DNA of 16,039 bases from Meiothermus sp. GTDB taxonomy: Bacteria; Deinococcota; Deinococci; Deinococcales; Thermaceae. The stretch spans positions 1 to 16,039 of the forward strand of contig JANRLD010000086.1 of assembly GCA_033762915.1 (NCBI GenBank), written 5' to 3'. The first letter of the stretch is position 1, and the number at the start of each line of letters is the position of its first letter. Below, piece by piece: positions 8,609 to 14,613 of the stretch. The notes below the pieces were generated by a model. It was not told the DNA's origin. It worked only from the letters and a program-made list of their open reading frames with translations, and did no database searches. The position numbers were made by a program, and so were the translations under genes.

Positions 8609-8623
8609 GCTCGAGTCTCCTTG

Positions 8624-10915
8624 TTAGCTGCTCAGGCGGAAACGCGAGAGGGATTGGGTGAGCTGGCTCGAGAGCTCGCGCAGGCCCTCGGCGGCCTCCT
8701 GGCCGCGCGCGCTCTGCTGCTCGGTCTCGGCGGCGGTCTGGGCGATGGTCTGCACCGCCCGCCCTACCTGCTCGATACCCGCCACCTGCTGCTGGGCCGC
8801 GCTCGAGATGATCTGGGCCAGGCGGGCCGACTGGTTGGCCAGCTCGGCGATCTCGCGCAGGCGCTCGCCGGCCTCGCTGGCGATGCGGTAGCCCTGTTCG
8901 ACCTCGCGGGTCGAGCCGTCCACCGAGAGCACCAGACCCTGGATCTCGGTCTGAATGCCCTTGACCAGGTTGCTCACGCGCAGCGTGGACTTGGCGGTGT
9001 CCTCGGCCAGCTTGCGCACCTGCCGGGCCACCACCGCGAAGCGCACCCCGGCCTCGCCCGCGCCCGCCGCTTCCAGCGTGGCGTTCAAGGCCAGCAGGTT
9101 GGTCTGCTTGGCGATGTCGTCGATGGTGTCCACCACCTGCGAGATCTCCTGCGAGCGGTCGGAGAGGCCCTTCACCGACCTCGAGATGTTCTGGGCTTCG
9201 CGGCGGATCGACTGCATGCCCGCCAGGGTGTTCTCCAGCGCCTCTTGCCCCTTGGTCGAGGCCTCCAGCGTCAGGCGAGCCGCCTCGGCCGTGGTCTCGG
9301 CGTTCTGGGTCAGCTCGCGGATCGACTGGGTAACCACGAAGGACTGGCTGGCGGCCTGCCCGGCGGCCTCGGTCTGGCTCTTGGCACCCATCAGGATATT
9401 GTTGGTGGTGTGGTTCACCGACCCTGCACCCTGGTTCACCTGCTCGGCGGCCTGCTGCACCTGCTTGAGCAGGTAGCCGATCTCGTCGACGGTCAGGTTC
9501 ACCGCGTCCACCACGTTGCCCAGCACGTCCTCGGTCACCCGCCCGCGCTGGGTCAGGTCGCCCTGGGCGATGTTCATCGCCACGTTGAGGAAGTCGCCGA
9601 TGTTCTGCTGGAGGAGCTGGGTCTGGCGCAGCTTCTCGGCGTCGGCCTCGGCCTTCTGCTTGAGCTGCACCACGGTGTCGTTAAAGCTTCGGGTCAGCGA
9701 GCCGATCTCATCGGAGGAGAGCACCGGCACCTGCACATTGAGGTTGCCCTGGGCCAGGCGGCTCGAGGCCGCGTAGAGGCTGCTAAGCGGCTCCACGATG
9801 CGCCGGGAGATGATCCCCGCCAGCAAGAGGGTGATGGCGAAGGCCAGCGCCACTAGGGCCAGCTGGGTCAACTGCTGCTGCTGCAGGCGCTGCACGCGGT
9901 TTTGCAGGAGCTTCTCGAGGGTGGTCAGGCCCACCTCAAAGGCCTTGAACTGCACCTCGAAGTTGGTCAGGGCCAGGGCGCGGTAGTCGGCACGGCTGAT
10001 GGTGGGCTGCTCCACGCCCGCGATCTGCTCGGAGTAGGCGGAGAGCAGGTTGGTCAGCGAGTCCTCCATCTGCTCCAGCACCGGCCCCATCTCCCGCGCT
10101 ACCAGGCCCGAGGCCTGCATGGTGTTGTTGAGGGAGCGGCGCAGGTCGTCGAGCTGGCGCTGCACCAGGCGGTACTGGACCCGCAGCTCGGCGCGCTGAT
10201 CGGAGCTGTTGCGGGGGCGGCTGGCGGCGGCGATGCCCCCGGCCCGCACCAGGCCCACATCCTCCCAGAAGAACGGGAAGATCTGCACCACCGCGCTCAT
10301 CAGGTAGTAGGAGTCGATGTCGGGGTCAAGCACCAGGTTGGAGGTGTTGCCCACCTGCACCATCAGGGGCTTGAGGTAGGTCTCGACCAGGAAGGTGTGG
10401 CGGCGGGTGCTCTGGACGGGACTCAGGCCGTCGCCCTCCTGGCGCAGCCGGCTCCAGGCCTCGCGCAGGTTGACCACGGTGTCGCCGGTCTCGAGAGTGG
10501 CGCCCATCTGCCGGTCGATGGCCTCGAGTTCGGTGAGGGCCTTGTCCAGGTTGGCGGCGGTCTCCTGCCGCTGGGCCGCCACCGATCTATCGCCGCTCAG
10601 GTAGGCGCTGGAGAGGAAGCGGTGCATGTGGGTGTAGTTGTAGACCGCGCGGGTTTTCTGGAGGTACTGGGTACCCAAGATTTCTTTAACCGAGAAGTTG
10701 ATGATGGCGTTGTCGTTGCGGATCAGCAGACCCACCGAGAAGGCCAGCGGGATGGCGAAGGCCAGCACCACCAGCAGCAGTTTCTGCCAGATCTTGAGGG
10801 TCCCCAAAACACCGCCCACCCGGAACATGGTGGTCGGCAGGGCCTGGCCGGGGAGTCGGAGGGCCTTGCGGGGGGGCTTGGGGGCGGGGTCGCCGGGCTT
10901 GGGGCGCTGCATCAT
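8624..10915 (-). CDS. Methyl-accepting chemotaxis protein (PilJ-like) with a large all-helical, NIT-like sensor domain and two HAMP domains
   Basis: LKIWQKL then TM1; ~285-aa helical domain (EILGTQYL...HMHRFLSSAYLSGD...SNLVLDPDIDSYYL); TM2; two HAMPs; QTNLLALNATLEAA...VRKLAE. The start overlaps the MHYT stop (ATGA) and GGAGG lies upstream. The MCP call is firm; the NIT-like call is tentative. Confidence 0.92.
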   Translation of the reverse strand: MMQRPKPGDPAPKPPRKALRLPGQALPTTMFRVGGVLGTLKIWQKLLLVVLAFAIPLAFSVGLLIRNDNAIINFSVKEILGTQYLQKTRAVYNYTHMHRFLSSAYLSGDRSVAAQRQETAANLDKALTELEAIDRQMGATLETGDTVVNLREAWSRLRQEGDGLSPVQSTRRHTFLVETYLKPLMVQVGNTSNLVLDPDIDSYYLMSAVVQIFPFFWEDVGLVRAGGIAAASRPRNSSDQRAELRVQYRLVQRQLDDLRRSLNNTMQASGLVAREMGPVLEQMEDSLTNLLSAYSEQIAGVEQPTISRADYRALALTNFEVQFKAFEVGLTTLEKLLQNRVQRLQQQQLTQLALVALAFAITLLLAGIISRRIVEPLSSLYAASSRLAQGNLNVQVPVLSSDEIGSLTRSFNDTVVQLKQKAEADAEKLRQTQLLQQNIGDFLNVAMNIAQGDLTQRGRVTEDVLGNVVDAVNLTVDEIGYLLKQVQQAAEQVNQGAGSVNHTTNNILMGAKSQTEAAGQAASQSFVVTQSIRELTQNAETTAEAARLTLEASTKGQEALENTLAGMQSIRREAQNISRSVKGLSDRSQEISQVVDTIDDIAKQTNLLALNATLEAAGAGEAGVRFAVVARQVRKLAEDTAKSTLRVSNLVKGIQTEIQGLVLSVDGSTREVEQGYRIASEAGERLREIAELANQSARLAQIISSAAQQQVAGIEQVGRAVQTIAQTAAETEQQSARGQEAAEGLRELSSQLTQSLSRFRLSS
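8636..8896. repeat. Paralogous tract A, copy 2 (matches 6311-6571)
   Basis: Near-identical to the 3' end of the neighbouring MCP gene. Confidence 0.9.
9213..9529. repeat. Paralogous tract B, copy 2 (matches 6888-7204)
   Basis: Near-identical to the equivalent region of the neighbouring MCP gene. Confidence 0.9.
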
Positions 10916-11676
10916 GACTCCACCTCCGGGCTTCCGCTGTCGGAGGTCTGCACCAGCGAGGTCGCGAACAGCGGCACCGCCATCGTCACCACCGCCACCA
11001 CCACGAAGGCGTTGATGGCCAGGGTGGCGTCGTAGAAGGCGCTGGTGTGGAGCATGGGGGTGGCCCCTTCGGCCAGCGGGCTGAACTTAACCGCGTACAT
11101 GCCCACGTAGTGCATCAGCGGGATGGCCGCGCCCACAATGCCCGCCACCAAGAAGTTGCGAAAGGCAAAACGCTCGAGGAAGCGGGCCGAGATAACGCTC
11201 AACCCCAGGGTCGAGATCGCCACCGCCACCACCACCGAGACCCCCAGCATGGTCAGGTCGTAGCTCTGGCTGAAGTTCCCCCGCATCGCGGCCATACCGA
11301 TATAGTGCATTGCGCCGATGCCCGACCCGAGGGAGACTCCCGCCAGCAGCAACTGCCCGAAGCCGAAGGTGCTGCGACTGACCAAGGTGAAGGCCCCGAA
11401 CGCGCCGAGGCCGGAGCCGAAGACCGAAAGCAGGGTGAGGCCCAGGTCGAAGGAGAAGGGCGCGCCGAAGCTGACCGCCTTCATGCCCACGAAGTGCATG
11501 GCCCACACCCCGACCCCGAAGGCGAAGGAGCCGGCCATCAGCCAGCCCACGCCCCGGCCCTGGCGGGCCAGGTCCACGGTCGAGACCGCCGTGTAGGCGG
11601 CGAAGAGGGCCACCAGCCACGACACCGCCACCAGGGTGGGGTCGAAGCTGATGGCCAGGTGAGAAGTGTTTTCCAT
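10912..11676 (-). CDS. Stand-alone MHYT-domain integral membrane sensor protein
   Basis: About 7 hydrophobic segments. Three MHYT-type repeats: GVWAMHFVGMKA, GIGAMHYIGMAAM, PLMHYVGMYAV. Typical FDPTLVAVS start and FDLGLTLLS/YDLTMLGVS repeats. No output domain. AAGGA SD. Confidence 0.93.
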   Translation of the reverse strand: MENTSHLAISFDPTLVAVSWLVALFAAYTAVSTVDLARQGRGVGWLMAGSFAFGVGVWAMHFVGMKAVSFGAPFSFDLGLTLLSVFGSGLGAFGAFTLVSRSTFGFGQLLLAGVSLGSGIGAMHYIGMAAMRGNFSQSYDLTMLGVSVVVAVAISTLGLSVISARFLERFAFRNFLVAGIVGAAIPLMHYVGMYAVKFSPLAEGATPMLHTSAFYDATLAINAFVVVAVVTMAVPLFATSLVQTSDSGSPEVES

Positions 11677-11687
11677 GGTTGATTCCT

Positions 11688-12155
11688 TTAGGCGCTGGCG
11701 GTGGTCTCGATGGGCCGATCGAGGGTGATGAAGCCCATCTGGGCGGTGAGGTGCTCCATCAGCCGGGGCGTGTCGAAGACCTGCACGGTGCGGCCGTCGA
11801 GCTCGAGGTTGGCGACGAAGACCGGGTTGGGGTGGTCGGACTTCCAGGCCCCCCCGAGGTTGGAGCGCAGCCCCACCACCTCGTCGACCAGCAGGGCCAT
11901 GTTTTGCCCCTGGTACTCCACCAGCCCCGCAAGGCTCTGCGGCAGGGGCTGGGTGTTGCCAACCAGTGTGCTGAGGTCAAAGATGGGCAGGATGGTGCCC
12001 TGGTTGGAGACCAACCCCACCAGCAGGGCCGGGGCCAGCGGAACCCGGGTGGGGCGGCGCACCTCAAAGACTTCCTTGAAGGCCCTGGGCTCGAGGCCGA
12101 CGAAGGCGCTTCCGACCCGCAGGACCCAGACCTGGGCGATGGTGGTGTTGATCAT
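11688..12155 (-). CDS. cheW: CheW/PilI-like scaffold protein
   Basis: KEVFEV..PTRVPLAPALLVGLVSNQGTILPIFDL...ALLVDEVVG is the CheW pattern. AGGAG SD; fits the operon context. Confidence 0.92.
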   Translation of the reverse strand: MINTTIAQVWVLRVGSAFVGLEPRAFKEVFEVRRPTRVPLAPALLVGLVSNQGTILPIFDLSTLVGNTQPLPQSLAGLVEYQGQNMALLVDEVVGLRSNLGGAWKSDHPNPVFVANLELDGRTVQVFDTPRLMEHLTAQMGFITLDRPIETTASA

Positions 12156-12179
12156 GGGGCTCCTCTATCTCCCGGGCCT

Positions 12180-12536
12180 TTAGAGCAGTTCCTGGACGGC
12201 CTTGCGCAGGGCGTCGGCGGTGTAGGGCTTGGTCAGGTAGCCGTTGGCCCCCTGGCGCTTGCCCCACTCGATATCGGTGGGCTCGCCCTTGGAGCTGATC
12301 ACCAGCACCGGGATGTGCCGGGTGGTGTCGGCCCGGCGCAGCGAGCGCAGCACCTCGTAGCCGTTGCGGCCCGGCATCACCACGTCCAGCAGCACCACGT
12401 CGGGGCGCTCGGCCTCGATGCGGCTCTCCACGTTCTCGCTGCCCTGGTAGATCACCACCTGGTGGGCACCGGCGAGGCTGTTCTCGATCATCTTGAGGTC
12501 GGCGAGGGAGTCGTCTACAGCTACGAGCTTGGCCAT
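12180..12536 (-). CDS. Single-domain response regulator (CheY/PilH-like)
   Basis: MAKLVAVDDS...PDVVLLDVVMPGRNGYEV...IPVLVISSK...DIEWGKRQGANGYLTKP; the D..WG.RQGA motif is PilH-like. ATG 12536 is preceded by GGAGG, so the longer ORF-track start is unlikely. Confidence 0.93.
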   Translation of the reverse strand: MAKLVAVDDSLADLKMIENSLAGAHQVVIYQGSENVESRIEAERPDVVLLDVVMPGRNGYEVLRSLRRADTTRHIPVLVISSKGEPTDIEWGKRQGANGYLTKPYTADALRKAVQELL

Positions 12537-12603
12537 ATAAGTTTCCTCCGTTGGGTTGCCTGCGGGGGTCCCACCCTGCTTTGGGTACAGTCTGGGTCTG
12601 AGC

Positions 12604-12644
12604 ACACTACCCGCAACGTAATCCCCAAGTTACGTAAGCCGTAA
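12604..12644 (-). promoter_or_regulatory. Candidate promoter of the chemosensory operon: -10 TAGTGT plus a dyad over the -35 position
   Basis: TAGTGT on the minus strand at 12604-12609, the same hexamer found before the alaX-like gene. ACGTAA-N8-TTACGT at 12616-12635. CGTAA occurs three times. Confidence 0.35.
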
Positions 12645-12696
12645 CGACATGGCTGTGATAAATGCCCCGTCAAAATCCAATTTCCGTTAAGCAACG

Positions 12697-12716
12697 CACC
12701 CCCCAGATGGGGGGTG
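12697..12716. repeat. Perfect palindrome/hairpin in the divergent intergenic region
   Basis: CACCCCCC-AGAT-GGGGGGTG. Confidence 0.65.
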
Positions 12717-13015
12717 TTACGCGGACCGTTGCTTGAGACGGCGGGCGGGCGGCATATTCCCCGTCCGCGCTTGTGACTTTTGAACAACAGCCCGACTTCC
12801 CGTGCGCGGCTACCATTCGCCGGGTTGCTCTCGAGGGGGCGAATGCCGCAGCTGCCCCGACGCAAGCACCACTCCCTCCGAGCACTTCCTCAGCATCCCT
12901 TCTGACCTAAAGACGAAAAACCGATTCAAATTCAAACCTTCGACCCACGTCAGGCTTACAACCTGGGCGCAACGCGGCAGGGATTATCCTTTGCCCATAT
13001 ACAGCAGGAGGCGGT

Positions 13016-13627
13016 ATGCATATTCACCAGATCATCCTCCACGGCTGCTCCAGCGCCCTCCACCTCGAGCTCGACCTCGACCCCGGCGGCAGCGTTGTCG
13101 CCACCCGCACCTCCGGCGAGGGGCCGGGCCGCCCGGCCCCCAGCGCCCTGGACATCCTGGGCGAGAACAGCTACTGGAGCCTGCGGATGCTGCGGGGCGA
13201 CGACTGGGACTGCGCGGCCATCCGCCGGTCGGTCGGCGCCATCGCCCGCACCCAGCCCCGGCGGCCCCTCCAGCCCCTGCTGCACCACGGCGGCCTAACC
13301 CTGCTCGACCTCGAGCAGGTCTTCTTCGACCCCACCGGGCTGGACTGCGAGGAGATCGAGCTGTTCCTGCCCGAGAACACCAGCCACCTCTTGCACAGCC
13401 TGGGCTGTGCCGCCCGAATGGGCTTCGCCACCGCCGTGCAAACCGACGCCGGGGCCCGGCTGCGCTACAAGGACACCCGCTTCATCTATCAGGACGGACG
13501 CGACGGGGCCTGGCACCTGGTCTTCTGGGGGGCCGACCCCGGCTTCGAGCAGGCCTTACTGCCCAAACCGGCGCCGATGCCCGCCGTGCCCCCGGCGATG
13601 GCCACCTATCTGTCCGGCTTCTTCTAA
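13016..13627 (+). CDS. Hypothetical protein (203 aa), divergent from the chemosensory operon
   Basis: Strong AGGAGG SD at 13006-13011, G/C-ending codons, globular composition, and a hairpin after the stop. No family recognised. Confidence 0.8.
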   Translation: MHIHQIILHGCSSALHLELDLDPGGSVVATRTSGEGPGRPAPSALDILGENSYWSLRMLRGDDWDCAAIRRSVGAIARTQPRRPLQPLLHHGGLTLLDLEQVFFDPTGLDCEEIELFLPENTSHLLHSLGCAARMGFATAVQTDAGARLRYKDTRFIYQDGRDGAWHLVFWGADPGFEQALLPKPAPMPAVPPAMATYLSGFF

Positions 13628-13645
13628 CAGCGGTTCCCACGAACA

Positions 13646-13674
13646 CTCGGTACGGCGGTTTTTGCCGTACCGAG
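13646..13674. terminator. Strong hairpin between convergent genes (possible bidirectional terminator or REP-like element)
   Basis: CTCGGTACGGC-ggttttt-GCCGTACCGAG, a perfect 11-bp stem with no clear U-tail. Confidence 0.5.
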
Positions 13675-13679
13675 CGCAG

Positions 13680-13725
13680 TACTCCGCTTTAGCGCACGCT
13701 TTAGCGCAGCACTGTGGGCGGAGTA
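13680..13725. repeat. 8-bp inverted repeat with an overlapping/enclosed perfect 12-bp tandem duplication
   Basis: TACTCCGC (13680-13687) pairs with GCGGAGTA (13718-13725); CGCTTTAGCGCA x2 at 13685-13708. Confidence 0.65.
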
Positions 13726-13741
13726 TGGGGGCCAAACGCGA

Positions 13742-14320
13742 TCAGAGCAGGCGCCAGTGCTCGAACAGGGTCTTCAGGCTCTGCTCGAGCCCGTCGAGCC
13801 CCACCCCGTAGGTGGGGATGCCCCGCGCCCAGCCCAACCCGCCCAGCCTCGAGCCCTCCAGCGCCTCGGCCCCCTCGATGGCCGGGCCGCCCCAGGCGGG
13901 GTAGTCGCAGACCTCGAGGTAACCGAAGCCCTCGCTCACCGCGACCTCGAGCCGCCGCGCCGGGCGCTCGTCGGACAGATCGGCCCACCCGCCGTCCTCG
14001 GTTTGCTTCCCGCCCGCGAAGCTCGAGGCGATTCCCCGCCCCGGCTGGATCAGCACGATCTTGCGCGGGCCGACCCAGTGGACCGCCCGCTCGAGCGGGG
14101 CGGCGTGACCATCGGAGGCATCCAGGCCCAGCACCAGGCGGCCCTTAAAGCGCCGGGGCAGTTGCGGCAGGGCCGCCCCCAGCATTTCCTGGGGCAGCCA
14201 TACCAGCACCGTCTCGCCCCCCGTGCGCCCCTCCAGCCAGGCCAAAAAGCTGCCGTACTCGTCGGTAAAGCTACGGGTCTTCTCGCTCAACAGCTCGAGC
14301 CAGTCTGCGGTGGTTTGCAT
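13742..14320 (-). CDS. Hypothetical protein (192 aa)
   Basis: Normal composition and codon bias; -10 box TATGCT 6 nt before the ATG. Confidence 0.8.
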   Translation of the reverse strand: MQTTADWLELLSEKTRSFTDEYGSFLAWLEGRTGGETVLVWLPQEMLGAALPQLPRRFKGRLVLGLDASDGHAAPLERAVHWVGPRKIVLIQPGRGIASSFAGGKQTEDGGWADLSDERPARRLEVAVSEGFGYLEVCDYPAWGGPAIEGAEALEGSRLGGLGWARGIPTYGVGLDGLEQSLKTLFEHWRLL

Positions 14321-14326
14321 ACCCCA

Positions 14327-14332
14327 AGCATA
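14327..14332 (-). promoter_or_regulatory. -10 box of a leaderless transcript
   Basis: Minus strand reads TATGCT-tggggt-ATG; no SD. Confidence 0.65.
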
Positions 14333-14372
14333 GCCCTGCGGGCAAGGATAAATGTCGGGGCGGAGGCTGCGG

Positions 14373-14567
14373 CTACTCGAGGATCTGCTTGACCCGCCCC
14401 ACCGCCCCGCCCTGAAGCCGCACCTTAATGCCGTGCGGGTGCGAGATGGAGTTGGTCAGGATGGCCTGCACGACGCCCTCGGTCAGCCTGCCGGTGGCCT
14501 GGTCGGCCTTGAGTACCACGGCGACCCGGGAGCCGACGCGGATGCTCGAGCGGTGGTTGGGGTTCAT
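14373..14567 (-). CDS. YwbE family (DUF2196) small protein
   Basis: MNPNHRSSIRVGSRVAVVLKADQATGRLTEGVVQAILTNSISHPHGIKVRLQGGAVGRVKQI. The VLK.DQ.TG.LT.G.V..ILT.S..HPHGIKVRL..G.VGRV signature marks this family. Confidence 0.9.
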   Translation of the reverse strand: MNPNHRSSIRVGSRVAVVLKADQATGRLTEGVVQAILTNSISHPHGIKVRLQGGAVGRVKQILE

Positions 14568-14573
14568 GGGCCC

Positions 14574-14579
14574 ATTATG
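14574..14579 (-). promoter_or_regulatory. -10 box of a leaderless transcript
   Basis: Minus strand reads CATAAT-gggccc-ATG; no SD. Confidence 0.6.
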
Positions 14580-14613
14580 GGCCAGGCAGCCCGGCGCGCC
14601 CCCGAAGCGGGCG

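Noticed and set aside
6311..9529. Diversity-generating retroelement template/variable repeat pair
   Set aside because: Both copies lie in intact paralogous CDSs, mismatches are mostly synonymous and not adenine-specific, and there is no reverse transcriptase.
10900..10930. Frameshifted MHYT-MCP fusion (pseudogene or sequencing error)
   Set aside because: The junction is a classic ATGA overlap with its own GGAGG SD, and the MCP has a complete N-terminus like its two paralogs. Disfavoured, though not formally excluded without reads.
1501..11035. Long plus-strand ORFs (e.g. 1607-2860, 4541-6310, 6329-8161, 8603-9856, 9902-11035)
   Set aside because: Antisense shadows of high-GC minus-strand genes: no SD, no recognisable motifs, and fully overlapping well-supported CDSs.
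12537..12605. N-terminal extension of the response regulator in the ORF track
   Set aside because: The REC domain begins at ATG 12536, directly after a GGAGG SD.
12802..13692. 296-aa plus-strand ORF
   Set aside because: Arg/Pro-rich off-frame reading; the 13016-13627 frame has the SD and a normal composition.
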